64,000 nucleotides of DNA from Stegostoma tigrinum. Taxonomy: Eukaryota. Each line of letters begins with the position of its first letter. Within the stretch, counting starts at the first letter, position 1. A program made the position numbers and the translations under genes. This document shows positions 11,340 through 23,161 of this stretch, piece after piece. The notes under the pieces are model-generated. The model worked only from the letters and a program-made list of their open reading frames with translations. It was not told the origin of the DNA and made no database searches. The stretch covers positions 44,410,728 through 44,474,727 of the forward strand of contig NC_081370.1 of assembly GCF_030684315.1 (NCBI RefSeq). Reading direction: 5' to 3'.

Positions 11340-12590
11340 GACACCTTCAGCATGATAGACCCGTGCAGTGTCAGCTACCAGACTCAACTCCGGTAACACC
11401 CAGTTCCAATTCCAGTGAGCTCATTGGCAAAAAATTAATAGTTCATCAAAAGGCAAGCAGCACCTAGCTGTTCCCACAACCAGATGCATCTTCCTGTTCA
11501 GTTTAGTCTCACTTTTGCTGATTTTGAATTAATGCAGGCTTTCCAGGATGTGATACTGTTGAATTGAACAATGAGAATGTATCATCTCATGCTGGCCTTT
11601 GGGGCAAGAGCAGCACTTCCTTTCAACAAGTTTTTAAGATGGGATGGCTCATGGGTTCCAAGCTGGGGTCACTTGAAATAGGAGTAACCTGTGCTGCTTA
11701 GCTCTTGAAGCTGAATTACAATGACAGCTGATCAGACGGTAATGATGTAAAATGCCACTAGATTTATGAATGTGCACCTACACTTGCAATGAAGTGTCCT
11801 TATGTGCCCACAGAGATATTTCATTTCCAATCTCCTCTCGCTACTTAGATTGTGAAGGGCAGCTCCTGGCAGTGCTGGAGTGGGTGCATGGCTGGCTTTT
11901 AAATATGGGACCAGTGCCAGGGATCCCAGGAGGTCTGAGCACTTTCACCATTGCTGAGTGGAAGTAGAGATACGATGCATCACCAATGAAGTGAACTGTG
12001 CAGAATAGTACAAGTAAATTTGCTGGAGTTCAGAGATACCATGCGCCCTGCTCCCCTCCCCCACCTCCCCCCCCCCCCACCCCCCCACCCCACCTCTCCA
12101 AAACAGTGACACTGAGATGGCTTCTGGTGAGATTCAGTCTGTTTGTGGTGGTAAAATATAACACTTTTCCAGCACATTATGTTGTTGACTGGTAACATGA
12201 TTACAGCTTGGAAGTACAGATCACAAGCTGTGAAATATCCCCACAGGAGGGGTAGCTGAAAGGGAAACAAGGATGCCTGGTGCAATGAGTGGCATTGTTT
12301 TGAGCATTTGGTGGAAAATATTGTTGCAGAAGAACTAAAGAATATTAATTCTGCATCTTTGTAATGACGACTGGCTTGGAGACAATTATTGCTATTACTG
12401 AATACAAGAAACAAGAAGGTGTTCCATTGGCTAGCATTAACTACCCATGGGCATCCCTACGGGCACAAATGGTCCCAAGAACAAATCAATATCATGCAAG
12501 GTAATGATGTATTGTAAAAGAAAAGAAAGGAAAATATATTTGTAATTCTGCACTTTAATTGAAACACTTTTGATCAATATTAATCCAAAT

Positions 12591-12822
12591 TGAAATAACT
12601 CCGCACAGGCAGGATCCCGTTCACCAAGTCGCCCTTTATTCACACATTCATAGTGCTTGACACTAGTCTTGTTTCCTCAGAGGCAGCTCTCAAAGCAAAC
12701 AGGATGCCTGGCTCTCCTGTTTATGTCTATCAGCCGGAGCTCCCTGCTTGAACCAGATTAACAGTCCCAGTCAGGGAACTCATATTCTGAAGTTCACCTG
12801 GCTGACCTATTACAATCAGTAT
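12591..12822 (-). mobile_element. Solo LTR, same family as 50943-51178
   Basis: 'tgaaataactcc...caccaagtcgccctttatt...ccagattaacagtccc..cagggaactc'; polyA signal on the minus strand. Confidence 0.75.
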
Positions 12823-14739
12823 ACGGATCTGAGATCTTATTTTTTATAACCCTTCGTGTAAGCCACGTCACACAGCTAGAGGCCCTCTTTAAAAACCTGT
12901 TCTGTCACCAAAGCTCTGCAAACATTTTCCACTTCCCTTTTCTCTAGAACTCATTGCTTGTGCAGTACTATGCAGAATATGCGCTACATAGTTCTGATAT
13001 GCTTTGGTTTTGGATATACTTTTGTGAGATGCTTGCCATCATGGCCTTTGCCATGCTGAGTGGCCCTAAGTGAACAAGTAAGCAAATGATGGATTGAATC
13101 ATGAGTTGATGTCTGTAAATTTCTCTGGTTGCTGGTTCCTATAATTTACAGGAGTGGTGCTGGTAAAAAAGATAAGGGGGTCTCTCTGTGAATCAAGCTA
13201 CTTGCCATTTTCCCTCTCCAATGCTCCTGGCTTCTTACAAATACTAGCAGTAATAAGAGAGACTTGGAAACAAAGAACAGGAGACTAATTAACTCATACA
13301 GAGTAATAGTGTAGTGCATAGTAATCATGTAATAATGCTATTGAACAGAAGACTGAGAATAACAAAAGAGAGGGTGTAGTAGGGTTATTGAACAGCAGAC
13401 TGGAAACAAAATATGCCTCCTCCAGTAAAAAGAAAACATCTAAATTGTAGAATATTCTGATTAAAGCTATTCAAAGCCTATAAGACATTTAAAATGTATT
13501 CTTACAGGAACAATTGTAAGTGAAGATAAAAAGACTAATTGATACCTTTCTCTGATTGTGTTCTGGTCTGGGGGTTATTGTCTCTGATTTGATATTATTC
13601 CCACATTTTTGTTTTAAAAGAAAGCAGCTGTGTGCAGATGCAGTAAAGTGTACTGTTGAGGTTGACTCCCACTTCTGACAACTGAAAATGAAACACCCAG
13701 AAAGGAGTGCCTTGCCCTATAATCAGTTAAAAGGAATGTGAAAAGTGGTGTAACCTGCCTTTCAGCAACTTCTAATGGTTAAATAAAATAAATTCCTGAT
13801 GCTTACTTTATAATCAACAAGTAACAATTTATTTTCTAACTCTAATAGTGAACAAACTATCTAAGTTATTAACAAACTGAATAAACCCTTTCCAACTACT
13901 AACTATACCTGAATAAAACAAATTTCTAACGGTATGCTGTTCTACCAAATACGAGTCCTATTTATATAAACTAAAATGTTTAAAAAATCAAACTGTAGTC
14001 TCTTGAAAATACAGCCAGGTAACATCTTCTGGAATGCTCTTAAAACTAAGAGAAGACTATGAGAACTAATGATTCTAGCTTGAGAACTGACAGCTGTTAG
14101 AAGGCTCTCCTAATTTTCCAATTTTCTGTCCTTTTATACCTTTGATGATACATCAGTTTCTCACAAAGGGTTGGTCCGATGTTGTTAAAAACATCAGATT
14201 TAACTTTAATTGGTATTTAGTCTCTCAAATTCAAATCACTAAATTCAAAATTTGCTATCTTGATTTAAAAAAAAACAAAACTGCTGCCTGACCTGCTAAC
14301 TACATTTTTTTTGATATAAATATTTCAATTTGAGGGCTCTCCATGCCCCTGCAAATCCAAAAGCTGCTGCCTATAGACAATTTGTTTAAATCTCTAAGCA
14401 TAGAAAAAACACACCATCGTTTAAAGGGACCACGCACTGCTTTCCCCCTTAGCATTTTACAAGCACCAAATTCTAACTTCCTGCCTTACAACTCACAAGT
14501 ATTCTACCCAGCTTCACAACAGTACAGTTTAAGGAGCTACTTATATCTTTAATGTGAAGTTCATGAAGGTGGTGTGAATGGATTGATTTTGGTGAATATG
14601 ATTTGAGGTTGCACCTCTTCTGTATATCTTCAACATATTTATCAAGATACTTGCAAATTCAGACTGTTGGACTCTGAATTTGAGAATTTGAATTCTTTGT
14701 GTTTTAAAGCCTGGCAATGAGTAACCAGTTGACGAAAAA

Positions 14740-15010
14740 GAGAGCATGAAACTATCAGGAATATAGAATGATCATCTTTAAGCAGGATATGTACTTACCC
14801 TTACCTGGTCTGACCTCCACATGACTCTAAATCCACTGCTTATGTGCATAACTCTGAACTGTCTGCTACAATAGACTAGCAAGCCACTTAGTCTTATCAG
14901 ACTACAAATAATAGCACTAGGACTGCAGCGCTTTAAGAGAACACCTAGATGATATCACTTTCAAGAGTGAACAGGGATGTGCATTGAATGCTGGACTTGG
15001 GACATGTCAA
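14740..15010 (+). mobile_element. Diverged SINE body with L2/CR1-group tail
   Basis: 'cttacctggtctgacctccacatgactc' matches the SINE core at 30160-30200 and 52470-52510. Confidence 0.55.
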
Positions 15011-15097
15011 CCACTGTTACTAACTTTGATTGGATACATGTCTAGACCAAGGCTTCAACACATGACCTCTTAGCCCCTGTGGCTCTGCCACTGGTCA

Positions 15098-15121
15098 ACA
15101 CACACACACATACACACACAC
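15098..15121. repeat. (CA)n microsatellite
   Basis: acacacacacacatacacacacac. Confidence 0.85.
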
Positions 15122-15699
15122 CTTTGTAATCCTGTACAAACTGGAAAGACAGCAGACTTCTTGATTGATTGGATGAATCTTGACTGTCAGTCAAAGATTA
15201 TGTTTCCCCAACCCCAATAATTTTACACCGAAAAGCAATTAAAACTTACAAATAAATGTGTTCAAAGGAAATAAAATCTGCTGCATGATCCATTGCCCTC
15301 TCCCCAATGCAGTTATCATTGAATGACTTGCCTGTTTGTTTGCACAGTTTGTCTCTGCATTTGGATGCAAGAAGTCCTTTGGCACTGTTTCAACAAACGG
15401 TCGGCAATTTTTCCCTGAATCCTGGTGAAAAAATAGCCTTTGACCTGTCAGTGTTGGAAATGCAGGCCGATTTAAGGGTAAACCTGAACAGCTCCGAGTC
15501 AATTGAGAGAGTGGACTTTGTATTTAAGAGCTGGGTTCTTCTGTTGTAGGGAGTTAGCTTCCAGAAAGGAAAAAGATCAAGAAGGGAAAGGCAAGAGCTG
15601 GTGTTTGTGCTAAACTATAGATTTCCAATAAAACCCTTAAAATCTCTGAAAATCTGTTGTTGCATTATTTAACATATGGATATTAAGAACATGGAATAT

Positions 15700-17030
15700 A
15701 TAATAGTGTAATACAGGAACAGACCATTTGCCCCACCTTATCTGTGTCGACTGTGTTTTCAAGATGGCACCAGAACAGGACAACTCTTTGCAGATCAAAT
15801 GCCATTCTAAACTAAACCCATCAGCCTGCACATAGACCAAAGCCCTCTATTCCCTGCCTGTTTGTGCCACTTAAACATTGCTACTGTATCTGATTCTACC
15901 ATCTTTCCTGGAAGTACGTTGCAGACACCTACACTTAAACCTATGCCCCCTAGTATTTAATATTTTCATCCTAGGAAAAAGACTCTAACTATCCAACCAA
16001 TTCATGCCTCTCATTATTTTATATATTGTCAGATACCTCCTCAGCCTCCAATGCTCTCATGAAAATAGTCCAAGTTTGTCCAACTTCTCCTTATAGTTAT
16101 TACACTCCAATACAGGCTACATCCTGGTAAACTTCCTTTGCACTCTCTCCAATTCCTCCACGTCCTCTCTACAGTGTGATGACCACAACTGTACACAATA
16201 CTCCAAATGTGGTATACTAAAGCTTTATACAACTCTAATGTGACTGACTGACTTTTATACTCAATGGCCTGACTGATGAAGGCAAACATGTCGTAAGTCT
16301 TCTTTACTACCTTATCCACTTGTGTTGCCACTTTCAGGGAACTATGGATTTGCACCCTAAGATCCCTCCATATATCAATGCTCCCACCACTTTCCCCTTA
16401 TATTTGATCTTCCGAAATGCATCTCCTCATACCATTTACCATTTTCCACCCAAATTTCCAATTGATCTATGTTCTACTGTAACCTTTGACAATTTTCTCA
16501 ATATCCACAATCTATCAATTTTCATGGCGTCTGCAAGCTTACTAATCAGACCACTTACATTTTCATTCAAATCTTTTGTATATATTGCAAACAATAGGGG
16601 TCCCAGCACTGCTCCTTGCAGAACTCCACATACCTCCAGTCAGAAAAAAATACACTCCTCCACAACTTTCCACTATCTCCAATGTCCAAGCCAATTTTAT
16701 ACTCAAACTTATTAATCACCGTGGACTCCATGTGACATAATCTTCCGGACTGGCCTATGAGAGACCTTGCCAAATGTTTCAGTAAAGCCTATGTAGACAA
16801 TATACATTGCCCTATCCTTATCAATCATCTTCAACACTCTTTTAAAAAAAGCTCAATCAAATTCGTGAGTCAACACCTTCCCTGTACAAAGCCATACTGA
16901 TTATCCCTAATGTTTTCCAAGTGTGAGGAAATCCTGTCCCTAAGAATCTTCTCCAATAATGTCCCTACCAGTGATGTAAGGCTTACCGGCCTATAATTTC
17001 CTGGATTATTCTGATGCTTTTCTTAAATAT
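15700..17030 (-). mobile_element. Decayed CR1/HER1 LINE, RT to 3' end
   Basis: ORF pieces 'SSLKVATQVDKVVKK..MFAFISQAIEYKS..LELYKALV'; RT QG/SVLGP region and FADA near 16530. Confidence 0.88.
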
Positions 17031-17068
17031 TTGTCAGGTAAACAGACTGACATCACAGAAATACAGTT

Positions 17069-17420
17069 CATAGAATCTCTACAGTAGGGAAAAAGGCCAA
17101 TTGGCCCCTCATAGGCACCAATGGTCTGAACAGTATCCCACCCAAACCCAGTCCCCTACCCTATCCCCTTAACCCCAGATTTACCTTGGCTAATCCACCT
17201 CGCATGCAGAACCCCGGACACTACAGACAATTTAGCACAGCCAATCCATTTAACCAGCACATCTTTGGACTGTGGGAGGAAACTCGAGCAACCAGCAGAA
17301 ACCCACACAGGCTCAGGGAAAATCTGCAAACTCCATACACACAGACACCTAAGGCTGGGATCAAACCTGGGTTCCTGGTGCTATAAGGCAGCAGTGCTAA
17401 CCACTAAGCCACTGTGCCAC
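17069..17420 (-). mobile_element. HE1-type SINE
   Basis: Reverse complement of the HE1 head, V-domain and tail. Confidence 0.88.
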
Positions 17421-17749
17421 ATGTGATGTTTAAAATGAATTTATTTCATAATTGCTTCAGGGATCCTGTGCACAAAGTGACTGCTGTATTTGCCACACAG
17501 CAATAATGACTTTATTGTCTGTACAATGTTCCTGAATACCTGAAGTTGTAATATAAATGTTGCTATATAAATAGAAATCTGATATTTTCTTCACAGGAAA
17601 TGGCTCATGAGGAACACGAGCCCATGAGTAATATGATTACTTAAATGATAAAATTTTAATTTTCGATGTGCAGTAGAGAGACGGAAAAACATAGAAGGTA
17701 TTGGAGATGGATCTACAGGGATCTAGAAAAGAAGAAAATTATGCAGCAC

Positions 17750-18040
17750 TTTACATGGGGACAGGATATCTCCAAATTGTTTACTGCTAAAGAAATAGTT
17801 TTGAAGTGTAGTGAACAAACCCCCACCAACAGAAATGTGATCACTTTGGACAAACTGTGTTAACAGTGTTGATTAGAGGATAAAACATGGTGTTACATAC
17901 CCTTGCTCTCCTTTAAAGGAATCCTTAACATCCATGTGATACCCTTAATTCAACAATGAATCTGAAAGGCAGCATGACCCTACAGTGCAGCACTCCCTCG
18001 AGACTTAGGATTTGTACTTAAATCCTGGAGCAGGACTGGG
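17750..18040 (-). mobile_element. Diverged Deu-domain SINE
   Basis: 'tctgaaaggcagca...acagtgcagcactccctc' is the reverse complement of the Deu core 'gagggagtgctgcactgt'. Confidence 0.6.
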
Positions 18041-18127
18041 GAGACTGGAGAAGGGGTTTTCTCCCTATATTCTCACCTGAGGAATGGCAGGTGTCATTGA
18101 AAATGAATATGTGTAAATGAGCAGTGG

Positions 18128-18210
18128 GATAACAAAGTGTAGAGCTGATGAACACAGCAGGCCAAGCAACATCCTAGGAGCAGGAAAGCTGATGTTTCGG
18201 GCCTAGACCC
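18128..18210 (-). mobile_element. Short PLE end (family A), tail-less, truncated in hammerhead stem II
   Basis: 'gataacaaagtgtagagctg...gctgatgtttcgggcctagaccc'; flanked by agcagt on both sides. Confidence 0.85.
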
Positions 18211-18315
18211 AGCAGTATTTGAATGAAAATCTTGCATTTATATGGCACCTTTAATGACTTCAACCTTCCCAAAGTATTTTCAGTCATCTGAATATACTTA
18301 TAATTTGGGAATTTT

Positions 18316-18486
18316 GGGGGTAATTTTGACCTGAACTATAAAGATGGAAAACAAATTGGAAAGGGCTTTACACTCTGCCAAATTTTACTCACTGTCACAG
18401 TCAACGTGGAGGGTGATACTTGGAGAGTTGTAAATGTAATTGCACATGATCCTGTGTGATTTCAGAGTTCAGCCAAAATTATCCCC
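18316..18486. mobile_element. MITE with ~21-bp TIRs (PIF/Harbinger-like ends)
   Basis: Left 'gggggtaattttgacctgaact' versus revcomp of right end 'ggggataattttggctgaact'. Confidence 0.65.
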
Positions 18487-18974
18487 ATACATTTTAAGGC
18501 AAAATCCATAGCTTTGCACTGTCAGATTCACCAATGGCATTACTCAGCAGTTTGTACATCCCAAAACTGTCTTGACCAAGACTGGCAGCAAATTTCCTTT
18601 GAACAAATATTCCTGAAATGTATTTTCGGGAAGGGTTAAGCATCACTATTTCAATGCCAATTTATCTCATTATAGATTTATAAATAGGAATTTATGATGG
18701 CATAGTCTTCCAATACTAAACAAAGGAAAGATTTGATAGACAGGACTATGACATTTTCATGATCATTAATGGAATGAATGCCTATAGAGTACATTGTGTA
18801 ATTACAAGTTGGCAAATCACTTTAAAATTTGTGTGGAATTAATCAAAATGGAGAAGCATTTAAAATCAGCAGAAAGTCTCCAAAGTAACAAAAATGGGGG
18901 CATCACGTGGTTTAAGAAACTATTAATCTATTTACTTTTGCTGGAGAAGTACAACTCAGCCCGTCCAATCAGAA

Positions 18975-19190
18975 ATCAGGACCAAAAACAAAGTTGCTGA
19001 AAAAATGGCAGCATCTGTGAAGGTAAGAACAGGGTTACTGTTTCGGGTCAAATGGCTTGCAGTTCTGAGAAAGGGTCACCGGACACAAATCATTTTTTTC
19101 CTTCATAGATGCTGCCAGACCTGCTGAGCTTTGCCAGGCACTTTGTTTTTGTTCCTGATTTACAGAATCCCAGTTCTTTTGATTTCTTTT
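18975..19190. mobile_element. Hairpin PLE-end insertion (family B), diverged
   Basis: Minus arm 'aaaaacaaagttgctg..ggcagcatctgt..tttcgggtc' and plus arm 'gttctgagaaagggtcaccggac..agatgctgccagacctgctgagc'. Confidence 0.75.
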
Positions 19191-20582
19191 CAGTTAGAAA
19201 GCAAGGTTTGTGCAATTCTCACCATTTACTTTGCTGGAAGTGCAAGCTGATAATGGAATGGAAAGCGGCAACAAAGTACCTGGCACTTGTGATGACAGGA
19301 GCAGCAATCTACTTCCTTAGTGAATAAGATTAAAGGCTTGAGGAATGAGTAGAGGAAAGACTGAGATGGAGGGTGAAATCAATAATAAATCGAGTTCAGA
19401 AAGCAAATTAACGAAAGGTGAAGAAAAATTGAATTAAGAAAGTGAGAAAGGGAAAAGACAGAAGTGATAAGTAAGGAAAGAAGCATTTTTTAAAAAATGG
19501 CTTTTTAAAAATCACCTAATTCACAATATTAAGGAATGAAAATACAAACACAATTCTTTGCTTCTGGCCAAGAAGATGATTAACAGACATTAACAATTAT
19601 GGCATCATTGAAAAGGTACTTGTGCTGTTAATTACCAGGTTAAATTTTTTGTGGTGCATTTAATGGACAAATAATGTGTAATGTAGCAACTTCATGAAGA
19701 TCACAGGGAGGTTTAGGGCAAGTTGTTATTCTTTGCAATTTGTGATGATTCACAATTGACATGTATCTCTTCCTGGTTGCAAGTTAGTGAATGTTTGGTA
19801 CATGAATTATGAGCACTTTTCAGATATTATTATCCTTGTAGAAGAAGATCTGCCTCATTCTGCATATTCTGCATTGATGCCCCCTGCTATTGAGGTGATT
19901 TCCCCATTGAGTACTCTGACAGGGTCTGAGATTCTCCTTAAGGTCTTTCTGGAGATTCTCAATGTTTCCATTATGATAATTCTCTGAATTGTGACACATA
20001 GCCTGTTCTCTGCTTGCATCCACTTCTGTGGTCTCCAAAGATCCATGTTACACTTACTAAGTTCTACTTACACTTTTCTAATGCAGCTCAATGTTATCTT
20101 GAATAATTACGTTTTGAATTTGTTAGCCTCCTACCCATAATATTGATATCCCAACGATATCACAAATCTCTCCCATGAGATTAACTCAAGATTCAGAAGC
20201 CCACAGGCAATAACAGAGGGAAAGGTGAAAGTGAGATACCAGATACCATAGAGATTTAGTATATGACTATAAGAGACGTTTTCTGCAATGAGAAACTTTT
20301 GTTTTGTTAGGATGACAAATGAAAGATAACAGAGCCAGCAAGATACAAATTCCTCAGATAAACACTGGGTGTTTATCTTCCACTCTTTCTCTTATCTATC
20401 TTTCCACATGTTAAGAGATAGCAGTAATCAGTATTAAACTTTTCTAATTGTTAGAATTGGTTATCTTTGAAAATTAACATCCTTTTAAAAATTAGGTGCT
20501 AGCATTTAAAAGGATACTCATTCACCACGCCTCTCTCTCATGTCGTCCATTCTATATCCTCCTCATGGTTGTCATCTCACTT

Positions 20583-20690
20583 AAGAACATAGAACATAGA
20601 ACAGTACAACACAGTACAGGCCCTTTGGCCCATGATGATGTGCCAACCTATTATCCTACGAAGATCAATCTACCCTGCGAACCCTACATT
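20583..20690 (-). mobile_element. CR1 3' tail fragment
   Basis: (aacatag)n tail followed by 'acagtacaggccctttggccca'. Confidence 0.7.
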
Positions 20691-22489
20691 TATTATAATA
20701 CATTTTTATGAACTTTCTCAGAATCATGAAATTTATAGAACACTGAAAATAAGCTGTGTAACGTGTGAAGTTTTCTGTTCCCCATCAATGTTCTTTTCAC
20801 CCGTACAAAAAGTATTTTTGCATTTCAACGCAACGGCAAGTTTCTGTTGATGCTGGCTGGTTAGGTAGCAGTATCTTGAAATATTTAACTCTTGGTTCTC
20901 ACCACTGATCTTGTATGATTTGATGAGTATTTCCAGCATTTTCTGTTTATATTATGTGCTTGCTCTTCAGTTGAACTTTCAAACTTATTTGAGAAGAAAA
21001 TGACTGAGTGTGATGTGCTAGATGATGATGAAAAATATTCCATCATTACCACACTCTGGCCACAACTGATATATCCTAGGAAATTAGGGACATTTATTTG
21101 TGTGCACACTCCTAATTCCATTTACAGAATCCCAGATCTGGCAAAAAATATTAACTCTAACATTTGCCTGAGGCGTTAAGTAAAAACAGTAAAAGGTACA
21201 AATAGCAAACCTTTGAGTAAATGTCACCATCTTTTGAGACGTATTTTTACAATCTTATTTTGTGCAATTTTATACATTACAGAGTTAAATAATGGACAGG
21301 TAAAGTACAGATGAATTGAATTTCCAGAAAACTTTATGGGAATTCAGCGACCAGTTCTTATGGTGTTTCCATGGAAGATGAAAATCCGATCTGTTAACTG
21401 TTCAGCAGCAAGAGGGTTTTTGGAGTGGAGCAATTTTGGGAGATGGAAACAAGCATTGTCAATGGTAGATGAATTATGAGGTTTAAACCTCAGGACTAGG
21501 TCAAATGCTCACTTATTTTCCACAGCCAAGATTTTGACAACTCAGTTAGAGAAGTATAGGCCAGTAGCTACAGTAAACACTATTTACCTTTATCTCAAAG
21601 CCCATACGTCGGCAAGAGAACATTGAATGGATTCATCAACTCAAAGATCAATGTAATAGTACAATAATTGTGAAAGCCACTGGAAAATGAAGGGACTTGT
21701 CAATAAGAGACAGTGTCACCAGTTTAGCATTTCAAAAGCTTTTGAAAGTCAAGAAAAGATAATAACATGTTCTCCTCTTTTCTCATTTCTTGGTTTTGAA
21801 ACCCTGGGGTTGAATCTGAAACATACACAAGACCATGAAATGTGCATCTGCAGCAGCTTTTGTTGGTATTGATTTGCAAAAATAAAGTAGCATTAAATCA
21901 AACATTATCTCTGCCTGTCATACCACGACCTTTCCTAGGGGACCTGACTGTGTATCTCCCAGAAACTAGTGTGGTTTCCTGTCAGGCATTATCTTTCATT
22001 TGCTCATTGCACAATGGCTGTGAGGAATATGCATTGAGAGTCTGTCCTTTACCGGATAGCATGTCACACAGAGAATTACTAACAAGCTTTTAAAGGGGCT
22101 ACTCTTCAAAAGCCAGTCAGTGCATACAACAGCAATTTATTAACTTCAAAAAGAGAATTTATCCAAGAATATCATTTTGTTTTCCTTCCTCATATTGTTG
22201 AAGAACCTTTTGACAACTCAGCCAATTCTGCCTATAATCACTGACAGCACTGTGCCAATCTCAAGCTGGTCCTTACATATCATTTTTTTTATGGCTTAAC
22301 TTAGAGTCAGATAAATAGCAAGTATCAGTTGTTTAAATAAAACAATTGCTCCTGAAGTAATTATTTCAAAAACAAAAGCAAGCACAAATTGACAATACCA
22401 GCAAGCAAATCAGAGTGGCAGTGGTCGTTTCAAAGAATGACCATTAAAACACAACTACCAGGCATTGGGAATTTCCAACAAGAGAGAAT

Positions 22490-23100
22490 CAAACCATTTC
22501 CCGTTGCCATTGCTGAATCTCCCACTTTCAACTTTCTGGGCGTCCGAGTGACATGAAACAAAACAAGAGTAGCCACTGTGGTTACAAGAACACAACCAAG
22601 GCTAGCAATCTTACAGCAAGTAACTGACCTCCTGACTCTCCAAAATCTGTCCACTGCCTACGAGGTACAAGTCAGGAATATAATAGAATGCTCGGATGAA
22701 GGTAGCTCCAACACCATTGAAGAAACTTGACGAAGTAGAACAACGAGGCTCACTTTATCGGCGCTATATCAAACTTTCAATCCCTTCACCTCTGAAGCAA
22801 TGTGTGTACCATTGACAAGATGCACTGCAGAAATTCACCCAGCCTCTTCTAACCACCTTCTAAATCCATGACATATATGACCTAGAAGGGAAAGGGGAGC
22901 AGATGTTTGGGAATAACACTAACTGTGAGATCCACTCTGACTTGCTACCCATCCTGACATGGAACTATCTTGTTGTTTTTCCACAATTGCTGGATCGCTC
23001 CTTAACAGCACATTGGACATGCATATCCAGAGACAGCCCTTCACTAACTTCTCCAGAGCAATTAGATATGTATAATAAATGCTGGCCCAGCCAGCGTACA
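22490..23100 (+). mobile_element. L2/CR1-group LINE 3' fragment
   Basis: Homologous to the reverse complement of 720-1400, e.g. 'acaagatgcactgcagaaattcacc'. Confidence 0.7.
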
Positions 23101-23104
23101 CTGC

Positions 23105-23161
23105 ACAGGTAAATAAAGAGTGATTTGGTGACAGAACAGCAGCCTCTGTGCAGTCATTTCA
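23105..23161 (+). mobile_element. 3' part of a solo LTR
   Basis: 'gtaaataaagagtgatttggtgacag...ctctgtgcagtcatttca' matches the LTR end at 11285-11339. Confidence 0.6.

Noticed and set aside
12370-12506. Open frame ending at donor-like 'AAG|gtaatg'
   Set aside because: No acceptor, upstream stops, peptide unrecognised
13749-14490. AT-rich block bounded by tgtaa...ttaca, possible solo LTR
   Set aside because: No TSD and no second copy in the window
17585-17645. Acceptor-like 'ttttcttcacag' followed by EMAHEEHEP
   Set aside because: Sits at the end of a SINE tail, weak donor, too short to support
19787-20046. Three overlapping 60-70 aa ORFs
   Set aside because: No recognisable domain; expected by chance
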